Origin: an uncultured bacterium
GTDB taxonomy: Bacteria > Vulcanimicrobiota > JAJTBE01 > CAYNGH01
Assembly: GCA_964396845.1 (NCBI GenBank)
Contig: CAYNGH010000002.1
Location: 17,760 to 81,759 of the forward strand
Direction: 5' to 3'
Length of the DNA: 64,000 bases
Each line of letters starts with the position of its first letter. Position 1 is the first letter of the stretch. The translations under genes were made by a program, and so were the position numbers. Below the pieces are notes generated by a model. That model was given only the letters and a program-made list of their open reading frames with translations, was not told where the DNA came from and did no database searches. This document shows positions 55,960 to 64,000 of this stretch, in pieces.

Positions 55960-56796
55960 TTGCCAGATATTATTAACGAGGCAGTAATGAAAAGAAGCAG
56001 AAGGCTTGACAAGGTAATAGATATTGTTCGAAGTGCCGGGGAAATAGCCATGGGGCATTTCGGGCTGGTAAGGGCAACCCTGAAGGAAGACACCAGTCTG
56101 GTGACCAGGGCCGATGTGGAAACCGGTCAGTTCATCAGCCGACGCCTTGGCGAGGAGTTTCCCGGTTACAACATCATAAACGAGGAAACCTGCACAACTC
56201 TGGACCGTATTCCCGGCCCTGATGAATATACCTGGGTGGTTGATCCCATCGACGGAACTTCCAGCTATACCCGCAGGATGCCCACCTGGACCGTGGCGGT
56301 GGGCCTGATGAAAGGGATGGAGCCGGTGATGGGGGTAAATTACATCCCGGTTCTTGATGAGCTTTATTACAGCGACATGGATACTGACCCGATCTTTGAA
56401 ACTCCCCGGTGGGGCCGTATTCCCATGGATCTGTCCCACTGCCGGGAACCCATCGGCAAGGAATCCCTTCTTTGTACCGTGTCATACTTTCATCGCCGTC
56501 TTGATCTGGTATATCCCGGAAAAGTACGATCCATGGGGAGCACCATCGCCCATATGTGTTATGTGGCCAGGGGTGATGCAGTGGCAGCCATAGTGAAGGG
56601 GGCTCTCTGGGATATTGTTCCTGCATGGGCCATACTGAAAAAAATCGGATGCCAGGCCCGTTATCTGGACGGTTCCGCAATGGAATTAAACCAGTTGATG
56701 AACGGCCAGCTCTCCAGGGATTTTATTGTGATCTCCTGCCCCGACAAGGTGGAATATCTTTTGAAGAACCTGACCGCCAGACCTCCCCGGCATTGA
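55960..56796 (+). CDS. Inositol monophosphatase family protein (SuhB/CysQ-like)
   Basis: 278 aa; metal-binding motifs E-E...WVVDPIDGT and WD at the C-terminal domain. Confidence 0.8.
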   Translation: MPDIINEAVMKRSRRLDKVIDIVRSAGEIAMGHFGLVRATLKEDTSLVTRADVETGQFISRRLGEEFPGYNIINEETCTTLDRIPGPDEYTWVVDPIDGTSSYTRRMPTWTVAVGLMKGMEPVMGVNYIPVLDELYYSDMDTDPIFETPRWGRIPMDLSHCREPIGKESLLCTVSYFHRRLDLVYPGKVRSMGSTIAHMCYVARGDAVAAIVKGALWDIVPAWAILKKIGCQARYLDGSAMELNQLMNGQLSRDFIVISCPDKVEYLLKNLTARPPRH

Positions 56797-56821
56797 CTCC
56801 GGGAAGGCACCGGTTTCAGAT

Positions 56822-57250
56822 TTACTTCAGTCTTATGTAACCGTCACTCCAGTTTACCTCCACCTGGCTTATAGGCCCTCGGGATTCGGCCCTTTCGATG
56901 GACTGGCGGGATCTGTCAACACACGATTTGGGGAGAGCCTCGGTAAATATCAATTCCCCGGTGTGTTCCCTGCCGGGGTTTTTCACCACAACATCCCCCT
57001 GGTCGCTTACTTCCACCTTTAAATTCGCTTTGCCGTCAAGATCCCTGACATAGGAAGCTTCCTGCAATTCTCCTGAGATATTGCTGGAAACAAGCCGGGT
57101 ATTGCCAAGGGACATCCTTGATGAAATGTCCACCTTGTCGCCTTCGCCTCCCAAAACTTCTCCCGCTTCATAATGCTGAGCCAGGCCCCAGCCCTTATGT
57201 TCTGTCCAGGTGTCATATTTCTGCAAGTGCCCTGTATATTTTACATTCAT
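56822..57250 (-). CDS. Hypothetical protein
   Basis: 142-aa ORF; no motif recognised. Confidence 0.4.
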   Translation of the reverse strand: MNVKYTGHLQKYDTWTEHKGWGLAQHYEAGEVLGGEGDKVDISSRMSLGNTRLVSSNISGELQEASYVRDLDGKANLKVEVSDQGDVVVKNPGREHTGELIFTEALPKSCVDRSRQSIERAESRGPISQVEVNWSDGYIRLK

Positions 57251-57370
57251 GATTATACTCCAGAAACAATTATTTTAATAAATTATATCAATCTCATGTT
57301 ACAAATCTGTATATAAAATTTTAAGGTTTTGTAAACATCGGGATATTTCTGATTCTTCGGGGAAAAGCGG

Positions 57371-58330
57371 TTATTCTGACTCAGGTTTTTTGTTTTCGAT
57401 TTTCTTTATGATTACATTAACTTCGACATTTCTGGGGTCCAGCAGGGTGGTATCGTGAGGAGCAATTATGCCCACCTGCCGGTTTATGCTGGATGTGGCT
57501 CCGTCGATGGAAATCTCCTGGGATTTTATTGTCCTTGGGACCGGCTGAAGGGAATAAGAAAACTGGATGGTGGCAGTGGGAGGCGTCAGTTTCACCTGTT
57601 CGATGGCATACCCTTTTGCAGGAGATCCGGTAATGTCCGCCAGGACGGGAACAGTGGCAGTCACTGCTTCTCTGTGGACATTAATTGTGACCCGAACCTT
57701 GGGAGGCTCCACTTTCAGTTCATCCAGGACTTTTCCTGTTTCATCCACCGGCTCCACGGAAACCCTTTGAATCAAGTCGGTTTCTGCGCCGTCAACATCA
57801 CAGATGGCCTGAACCTCCCTGACGCTGGATATGATGGACTTGGCGCCGGAGATCAGCACGGTTTCCGGTTTTGCCGACATTTTCCCCAATATCATTCCCC
57901 CGGAGATGGAACCGGTGGTTTCAATTTTGACCTGCATCAATCTTCTTTCCAGGGGATCCAGCCGCAGATTGACCTTAGAGGGATCGGTTCTTATGATCTT
58001 CACTTCGGGAGGAGAAGTAATATTTACTGGAAGGCTGTGAACTCCGTCTTTCCTGTCGGCAAGATTCACCTGGGCACGGAAATGGGAATGGTTCAGCTTT
58101 GCAAGCCTCTCCGGTGCTCCCTTTACAATAAGAGAAATCTGCTGGGGCATATCCAGAACAACCAGGTTTTCGGGTTTATCTTCAAGAGTGATGGGGATGG
58201 TGAGCCTGGCCTCTGATGACATGGAAGCATATGGGGTGGAGGTATATTTTACATAAGCCCAAATGGAAAGGGCCAGAATCAGGGAGATAATTTTAACTCC
58301 CAAGTTTCTTTTTAAAAAGTCGAAAGACAT
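57371..58330 (-). CDS. cdaR: YbbR-domain protein (CdaR, regulator of diadenylate cyclase)
   Basis: N-terminal TM (LGVKIISLILALSIWAYV) followed by repeated YbbR-like beta domains; immediately downstream of cdaA with a short overlap. Start taken at the second Met. Confidence 0.7.
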   Translation of the reverse strand: MSFDFLKRNLGVKIISLILALSIWAYVKYTSTPYASMSSEARLTIPITLEDKPENLVVLDMPQQISLIVKGAPERLAKLNHSHFRAQVNLADRKDGVHSLPVNITSPPEVKIIRTDPSKVNLRLDPLERRLMQVKIETTGSISGGMILGKMSAKPETVLISGAKSIISSVREVQAICDVDGAETDLIQRVSVEPVDETGKVLDELKVEPPKVRVTINVHREAVTATVPVLADITGSPAKGYAIEQVKLTPPTATIQFSYSLQPVPRTIKSQEISIDGATSSINRQVGIIAPHDTTLLDPRNVEVNVIIKKIENKKPESE

Positions 58331-59150
58331 CGGTTCCTCCCAGGTTTGCAAGACGGCTTGCATTGTTGGAATCCCTGGTGTATAGAGATATTAACAGTTT
58401 CTTGAGCACTTCCGGCGACAGATTCCTCTTCAGCTTACCGTTACGGCACAGTGATATGGCCCCGGTTTCCTCGGAAACAACCACCACCACCGCATCGGTC
58501 TGCTCGGTAATCCCCATGGCTGCCCGGTGCCGGGTGCCAAGATCCGTCTGAGCCATGGAATGCATATCCTCGGACAGGGGCAGGTAACAGGATGCCGCCA
58601 CTACCTTGCTTCCCCGCAATATCACTGCTCCGTCATGGAGGGGAGATCCTTTCATAAAAATTGAAAGGAGCAGTTTTGACGATACCTCCCCGTCAACCAT
58701 GACTCCTGTTTCAATAAACTCCTGCAGTCCTGTTTCCCGCTCAATGACAATCAAGGCGCCTAACTTTGTCTGGGAAAGAATCGATGCAGTCCAGGAAATC
58801 TCATCGGAAATTCTTGCTATCATTTCATTTCCCAGGGCTGATAACTGGGACGGAAAAACTCCTCCCCGGCCTATGGTTCCCAGGGCACGGCGAAGCTCCG
58901 GCTGAAAGACAATGGGGATTGCCACGGCAATGGTGATCATGGAATACCGCAAGAGCCAGTAAAGGGCTTCGAGTTTTAACAGATAACTCATGAGCATTAC
59001 CAGCAGAAGAACCCCCACGCCCTGAATTATCTGCACTGCCCGGGTTCCCCGGATGAGAGTGAAGAAGGCATAGAGAAAAACAGCCACAATCAGAATGTCT
59101 ATGACATCCTTGAAACCTACATTGGATATGAGATATTGAAAGAAACTCAC
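58293..59150 (-). CDS. cdaA: Diadenylate cyclase CdaA (DAC domain)
   Basis: 285 aa; three N-terminal TM helices, DAC motifs (HDGAVIL, GTRHRAA, VVVSEETG). Confidence 0.85.
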   Translation of the reverse strand: MSFFQYLISNVGFKDVIDILIVAVFLYAFFTLIRGTRAVQIIQGVGVLLLVMLMSYLLKLEALYWLLRYSMITIAVAIPIVFQPELRRALGTIGRGGVFPSQLSALGNEMIARISDEISWTASILSQTKLGALIVIERETGLQEFIETGVMVDGEVSSKLLLSIFMKGSPLHDGAVILRGSKVVAASCYLPLSEDMHSMAQTDLGTRHRAAMGITEQTDAVVVVVSEETGAISLCRNGKLKRNLSPEVLKKLLISLYTRDSNNASRLANLGGTDVFRLFKKKLGS

Positions 59151-59319
59151 TTAAATGTCATCTTTCCGTGACTTTGCAACCCTGTCATGTATTACATTTC
59201 GCACCGGCCAATCCTTCCCGGAAAGTCACCTCAGAAAAATATTTTGATTCCCCCAGAAAAAGAGTAATCAGGCCTCAGACACAGAATTGGTATGATGAAA
59301 AATTATTTCGAGGCTTTCT

Positions 59320-60699
59320 TTGAACAGTTCTGCAACAATAAACCCTCAGAATCCGGGAGATCCCCTGGAGCGCAGGGCTATAAGAAAACAGCTGGTGAGC
59401 CTGGCCCTGCCATCCATTGCCGATTACCTGCTCAAGATGATGGTGGGAGTTGTGGACACCATATTCGTGGGGAGGCTGGGCCCCCAGGCCCTGGCGGTAT
59501 CGGGGCTGTCCTGGGCCATTTTGTTTTACTGTTATATGCCCATGTGGGGGATGAACGCCGGGGTCAGCGCAGTGGTGGCCCGATACTGGGGCGCGGGAGA
59601 ATATGACAAGGCCCGCCGGGCTGCCGGGCAGGCTCTGATGCTCAATCTGCTTATGCCTCTGGTGGTGACAGTAATGCTGGTCATCTGGGGGAAGGATTTT
59701 CTTCGGCTGATGGGAGCCACTCCCAATGTGGTGGAAATGGGGGGCAGATATCTGGGAGTGTTGGTTTCCACCACCATTTATGCAGGAATGATGTTCGGTG
59801 CTCAGGCCATTTTAAAAGCCACCGGCGACACCCGCAGTCCCATGTTGATAACAGGCATAATCAATATTTTAAATGTGGGGCTGGATTACTGCCTGATATA
59901 CGGCAAGTTCGGCTTTCCCGCTCATGGGGTAATCGGGGCTGCCGAGGCTTCAGCCATTGTGAAACTGCTGGGGGCTTTTCTGGCAGTTGGGGGTCTTTTT
60001 ATCGGAGTTTTCAAGATTAAAGTCACCCCATCGGACTTTGCCCGGATTGACTGGGATATGATGAAGCGGATCATCCGTATCGGCTGGCCCACTATGATGG
60101 AAAACGGATTTTTCTCCTTAGCTTCTACCGCTTTTACCTGGGTTATTACCAGCCTTGGCACCACGGCCCTGGCAGCTCATACTGTGATACTCCGGGCCGA
60201 GTCCTTCTCATATATGCCTGGTATCGGTTTTTCCATTGCATCGGGGATTATCGTGGGTCAGTCCATCGGCGCAGGCAACCGGGAAAAAGCCAGGATGGCG
60301 GTCTGGGAATCAATCAAAATGGGATCTCTAATTATGGGGAGTATGGGGGTGGTGTTCTTTTTTGTTCCCCATCTGGTAATCAGGATTTTTACTGATTCCC
60401 CGGAAGTAATAGCCCAGGGAGTTGAAACCCTGAGGATCCTTGCCATCATTCAACCGGTTCAGGGACTTATGTTCTGCCTGCTGGGTTCTCTGAAGGGTGC
60501 CGGAGATACCGCCGCCACCATGAAGATATCCATGGTGGGACTCTGGCTGATACGGGTCCCCGGGGCTTATGTGCTGGCGGTGTTGCTGGGGCTGGGGGTC
60601 ACCGGCGCATGGGTGGCGATGTGTCTGGACATTGCCTTCAAGGCCATGTGGCTACTCCGTCGTTATCGTCACGGGGGTTGGCTGGATGTGAAAATTTAA
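59320..60699 (+). CDS. MATE-family efflux transporter
   Basis: 459 aa; 12 predicted TM helices with the MATE bipartite repeat. Confidence 0.85.
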   Translation: MNSSATINPQNPGDPLERRAIRKQLVSLALPSIADYLLKMMVGVVDTIFVGRLGPQALAVSGLSWAILFYCYMPMWGMNAGVSAVVARYWGAGEYDKARRAAGQALMLNLLMPLVVTVMLVIWGKDFLRLMGATPNVVEMGGRYLGVLVSTTIYAGMMFGAQAILKATGDTRSPMLITGIINILNVGLDYCLIYGKFGFPAHGVIGAAEASAIVKLLGAFLAVGGLFIGVFKIKVTPSDFARIDWDMMKRIIRIGWPTMMENGFFSLASTAFTWVITSLGTTALAAHTVILRAESFSYMPGIGFSIASGIIVGQSIGAGNREKARMAVWESIKMGSLIMGSMGVVFFFVPHLVIRIFTDSPEVIAQGVETLRILAIIQPVQGLMFCLLGSLKGAGDTAATMKISMVGLWLIRVPGAYVLAVLLGLGVTGAWVAMCLDIAFKAMWLLRRYRHGGWLDVKI

Positions 60700-61263
60700 T
60701 CATTTTCCCTGCAGAAGTTTCACCAATATCTGGTGGTTGCGTTTCCGGGCCAGTTCCAGGGGGGTCTGTCCTCTGTTGTCGGCGATATTTTTATCTGCCC
60801 CGGCATAAAGAAGCATCTTGATTTTTTCCGGCTCTCCCGACATCACCGACAGGTGCAGGGGAGTTTCCCCCAGGTTGTTTCTTGCGTTCACGCCGGCCCC
60901 GGCGCGAATCATCAGCCCCATCGAATCCCCGTCACCCCACCATGCTCCGTAGTGAAGAGAAGTGTTGCCGTCGCTGTTGGGCTGGTCGGGGTTAGCTCCC
61001 CGAGCCAGAAGAATCTTTACAGCCTCGCTGTTTTTGCGGAATGCCGCAAGATGCAGGGGAGTATTCTTTTTAGATTCATCTCCCTGGTTTATGATTTCCC
61101 GGTGGAGATTCAGAAGGGCTGTGAGCCGGGACAGGTCATTGTTGTGAATGGCATTCATAACCTGCACCAGAGGTGATTCCCCGGCCCTGACGGGAACTGC
61201 GCTCCAAGTCTGAATCCAGAGAAGGGTTAACATTGCCGTGATTAGAATTTTCCTGCTTTTCAT
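60700..61263 (-). CDS. Secreted ankyrin-repeat protein
   Basis: 187 aa; signal peptide MKSRKILITAMLTLLWIQTWSAVPVRAG, 4 ankyrin repeats (TPLHLAA, TSLHYGA, TPLHLSV, TPLELA). Confidence 0.7.
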   Translation of the reverse strand: MKSRKILITAMLTLLWIQTWSAVPVRAGESPLVQVMNAIHNNDLSRLTALLNLHREIINQGDESKKNTPLHLAAFRKNSEAVKILLARGANPDQPNSDGNTSLHYGAWWGDGDSMGLMIRAGAGVNARNNLGETPLHLSVMSGEPEKIKMLLYAGADKNIADNRGQTPLELARKRNHQILVKLLQGK

Positions 61264-61336
61264 CTTGTCATCTCCCTGGAGTAATTATATCATTTTCCCC
61301 GAAGAAAACAAAGAACACAAAGCATACCTCCTCAAG

Positions 61337-61380
61337 GGCAACAGAAGGGCAACAGAAGGTCAACAGAAGGTCAACAGGAT
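61337..61380. repeat. Four tandem 11-bp repeats (GGCAACAGAAG x2, GTCAACAGAAG, GTCAACAGGAT)
   Basis: Directly visible; located ~75-120 bp upstream of the minus-strand secreted ankyrin gene start (61263). Confidence 0.85.
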
Positions 61381-61566
61381 AAACCTCACCTCAACAGCAC
61401 AGTTGCAGGGATATATTCCTTGATATAACTCCAGGGGGGCTTCTCCGGCGGAATTGTGTAAATTTTTATTAATATTTCACTTATTTAAAAAGGGTTTCAG
61501 GATTTATGGCAAATAGAAGGTTTCAAACAAGGGTTTCAGGATTCCCTTTCAAGGGGAGGCGGGAAA

Positions 61567-62661
61567 ATGTTATTAAAAGAGGATTCAAGGATAAAACTGA
61601 ATGGCACCAGGCTTTTCACATGGGATCCGGGAACCACACCCGGGCCGGAAGGATGCATATACCCCGGCGACGAGGGCCGGGTTTTTGACCTGGATATGAC
61701 TGTTGCCGGCAGGACTTTTCGAGTTCTGATGTTTGACACCGATTATGGACGCCGGGAGCTTCTATGCGGGCGGTTTATTTATGGAAAGACCGCCAGACAG
61801 CTGTATTACAACACCACCCACACCGTCAGCATGACCCTTCAGCGATATTTTCCCGATGTCCTGGGCTATGTGGAACGAGCCAGGGAACATCAGATCCTGC
61901 GGGCCGGCAGAGTGCTTTGTATGGCTCCTTTCATCGAGGGACTTGCCAGCCAGGGAGATGATTTCAAGCGGAAGCCCGTTGCCGGGGATGATTTATTCAC
62001 CGCAGGGGCCACCGGGAATATTGACTGGGGGCCGGAAACCACCCGCATATTCTCCGATATATGCCCTGCGTCGGGGTCCACCATGGAGGCCTTTGTCAAC
62101 AAGGTTCTGGCGGAAACAACGCTGAAGAAGATTATATTCAACACTTCAACCACTGCAATAAACTCCATATACCGGGTCATTCCATCGATTCCCCCGGATG
62201 TGGAAGTGATACTCATCTGCTGGGAAGCCCTTTTTTCCGTATGGAGGGAAAATGTCACCCTTCCCGGCGGCGAGGTCATACACGGGGGAACCATCATCAA
62301 CCTGAACCGGGATCTGGATAATCCCGACTTTGAGCCGATTGCTCCCAGGGAAGTGGCAGATTACATCCACCAGGTCTTCCAGAGGGACAGGGTGAAGCTT
62401 CTGCCGGATATTCCCGGTGAGGTGGGGGAAAAGATTCAGGACAGCTGGCTCGGCCCTCTGACCTATGATTTTCTGGAGCTTTACAACGCAGGGATTGATC
62501 TGGGCCGGGAACCCTGGAGAAGCCGGGCAAAAACCGCCTGGGACATGCCTGGAGTTCAAGAGAACCTCCGGATGAAAGCCCCGGAAGTGTATCGGGATAT
62601 CCGGGAGATTTTCCCCAAAAATCCCCGCCAGAAACAAATTCGGGAACTGGTCATGATCTGA
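61567..62661 (+). CDS. Hypothetical protein
   Basis: 364-aa ORF; no motif recognised. Confidence 0.45.
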   Translation: MLLKEDSRIKLNGTRLFTWDPGTTPGPEGCIYPGDEGRVFDLDMTVAGRTFRVLMFDTDYGRRELLCGRFIYGKTARQLYYNTTHTVSMTLQRYFPDVLGYVERAREHQILRAGRVLCMAPFIEGLASQGDDFKRKPVAGDDLFTAGATGNIDWGPETTRIFSDICPASGSTMEAFVNKVLAETTLKKIIFNTSTTAINSIYRVIPSIPPDVEVILICWEALFSVWRENVTLPGGEVIHGGTIINLNRDLDNPDFEPIAPREVADYIHQVFQRDRVKLLPDIPGEVGEKIQDSWLGPLTYDFLELYNAGIDLGREPWRSRAKTAWDMPGVQENLRMKAPEVYRDIREIFPKNPRQKQIRELVMI

Positions 62662-62816
62662 CCGACACCCCGAAAAAAACAAGGAGGGCGTGCATGGAGC
62701 GCCTTTCTTTTTTTTCTTGGCCTTTTCTACAGGATTTCACTGGTGTTCGATTAAGCAATATACTCCCGTGATTACAAGGTTACAACGGACATTGGGGGGC
62801 GACAACGCTCATCGAT

Positions 62817-63640
62817 GCATAACCCACGGCCCGAGAGCTATGGCCTATCGAATCATAAACAACGGCCCGAGAGCTATATCCAAGCGATCATGACAATCCC
62901 GACTCATATTTTCCATTTTCTAAAAATGGGGGGTCACTTCTAAAGTGCCGGTGGGTGGTTATTTTTGTTCACATTCAACAACCACCCTTCCGGCAACAGC
63001 TTCCAATCAATCGGAAGATGGATTAATAAGAAAACAAAACCTGACAACGCCTATCGAATCATAAACAACGGCCCGAGGGTTTTATCCCAAGGATCATGAG
63101 AATCCCGACTCATTTTTCCCCGGTTTTAAACCGGGCGATACATAACCCACGGCCCGAGAGCTATGGCCTATCGAATCATAAACAACGGCCCGAGAGTTAT
63201 ATCCCACCGATCATGACAATCCCGTGTCATATTGGGCACTTCCAAAGTGCCAAAAGAACTTCATGAGGGCTTCTGCCATTTAAATGGGGGAGGATCATTC
63301 TACCAGATTTTTAAGGAAATTGAAAACACTGGCTGTTAAGTAAGTTTGATCCTGAGCCAGGTAAAACAAAACAAAACCTGACAACGCCCACCGAATCATA
63401 ACCCACGGCCCAATGATTGTATCCCACCGATCATGACAATCCCGTATCATTTTGGGCACTTCCAAAGTGCCCCACGGCCCGAGAGCTATGTCCTGCCGAT
63501 CGTGACAATCCCGACTCATGTTTCCCGGTTCTAAACCGGGCGACTCATATTTTCCCCTTTTTCCAAAAAGGGGCCGGCTTATTTTTCCCATTCCCAATGG
63601 GAGCCGGGAGGAATTTCCCCGGCGGTTTATAATAAAAACT
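62817..63640. repeat. Noncoding array of five imperfect direct repeats (...ACGGCCCGAGAGCTAT-N8-12-GATCATGACAATCCCGACTCAT-ATTTTCC), each followed by a different short perfect palindrome
   Basis: Core blocks ACGGCCCGAGAGCTAT at ~62826, 62863, 63068, 63147, 63188, 63404, 63475 and GATCATGACAATCCCGACTCAT at ~62886, 63092, 63209, 63429, 63497. Palindromes: CCATTTTCTAAAAATGG, CACTTCTAAAGTG, CCCGGTTTTAAACCGGG, GGCACTTCCAAAGTGCC (x2), CCCGGTTCTAAACCGGG, CCCCTTTTTCCAAAAAGGGG, CCCATTCCCAATGGG. Confidence 0.75.
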
Positions 63641-63665
63641 ATAGAATATTATGGAGGCATCAGCA

Positions 63666-64000
63666 GTGAATATTAAAGACGGACTACTCTATACCCAGGA
63701 GCATGAATGGATCAGCGTTGACGGCGACACCGCCACTATGGGAATTACCGCCTTTGCAGTGGAGCAGTTAGGTGATATTGTGTTTGTGGAGCTTCCCCAG
63801 CCAGGGGATGAACTGGAGCAGTCGGGAAATGTGGGAGTGGTGGAATCGGTGAAGACCGTATCGGATATTTTTGCTCCCATCAGCGGAAAGGTGACGGAAG
63901 TCAACTCAGTGCTTCTCCAGGAGATTGACGGCGAAGACAACCCGGAATTTCACCCTGAATACATCAACGAGGACCCATACGAAAAGGGATGGTTCCTCAA
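63666..64000 (+). CDS. gcvH: Glycine cleavage system H protein, N-terminal part (continues beyond window end)
   Basis: GTG start with GGAGG SD; VNIKDGLLYTQEHEWISVDGDTATMGITAFAVEQLGDIVFVELPQPG...VESVKTVSDIFAPISGKV contains the lipoyl-lysine motif ESVK. Confidence 0.85.
   Translation, partial: MNIKDGLLYTQEHEWISVDGDTATMGITAFAVEQLGDIVFVELPQPGDELEQSGNVGVVESVKTVSDIFAPISGKVTEVNSVLLQEIDGEDNPEFHPEYINEDPYEKGWFL

Noticed and set aside
55831-56439. N-terminal ~200-aa extension of the ychF ORF (raw ORF 54733-56439)
   Set aside because: It overlaps the well-supported opposite-strand IMPase gene. A canonical YchF N-terminus (MSLSVGIVGLPNSGKST) with a GGAGG SD begins at 55830
62690-63632. Small ORFs inside the repeat array (62690-62893, 63295-63597, 63417-63632)
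   Set aside because: They run through repeated sequence, lack RBSs and have improbable composition; likely non-coding
62817-63640. Possible CRISPR array
   Set aside because: The variable segments are 13-21-bp perfect palindromes rather than 30-40-bp unique spacers, repeat spacing is irregular, the repeats themselves are imperfect, and no cas genes are nearby
63560-63665. Glycine riboswitch upstream of gcvH
   Set aside because: The ~100 nt before gcvH does not contain the conserved glycine-aptamer elements (GGAGAG...ACCGAAGGGGCAA); the region is part of the palindromic repeat array instead

Overview
This 64-kb window of bacterial chromosome is gene-dense, with about 55 CDS and no rRNA or tRNA genes. 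It starts inside a minus-strand flagellar basal-body operon (fliG partial, then fliF, flgC, flgB and fliE; transcription order fliE-flgB-flgC-fliF-fliG). Next comes a divergent 1.2-kDa-scale multi-GAF/PAS sensor histidine kinase. The span 7.3-20.4 kb is a ten-gene minus-strand chemosensory operon with a non-canonical parts list. It encodes a soluble MCP with two tandem signalling domains, a triple-CheW protein, CheB, a HEAT-repeat protein translationally coupled to CheR, a CheY, and a pair of CheA-like proteins with complementary defects. It ends with CheX and a second CheY. Two paralogous TPR lipoproteins lie upstream of this operon, followed by a 541-aa ankyrin-repeat protein. The most unusual part is 26.8-31.8 kb. 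Four consecutive minus-strand genes there encode Gly/Ala-rich 'glycine-zipper' proteins that I cannot assign to any family. Two are clear paralogs sharing an N-terminal basic motif (KPKEMxxWKRxxIKFSDR). One carries an additional ~250-aa charged coiled-coil tail. They sit directly downstream of a four-subunit 2-oxoacid:ferredoxin oxidoreductase operon (porGDAB-type), which points to an anaerobe. The remainder is mostly housekeeping or envelope functions: GT2 glycosyltransferase, FAD oxidoreductase, transglutaminase-TPR protein, L,D-transpeptidase, mutS and mutL split by a GAF-GGDEF gene, a BamB-like PQQ-repeat protein, Fur, metallophosphoesterase, ychF, IMPase, cdaA-cdaR, a MATE transporter, a secreted ankyrin protein, and the start of gcvH. 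Two noncoding oddities stand out. One is a roughly 800-bp array of five imperfect ~45-60-bp direct repeats, each followed by a different short perfect palindrome (62.8-63.6 kb). The other is four tandem 11-bp repeats upstream of the secreted ankyrin gene. All functional calls rest on motifs I recognised in the translations; no database search was run.
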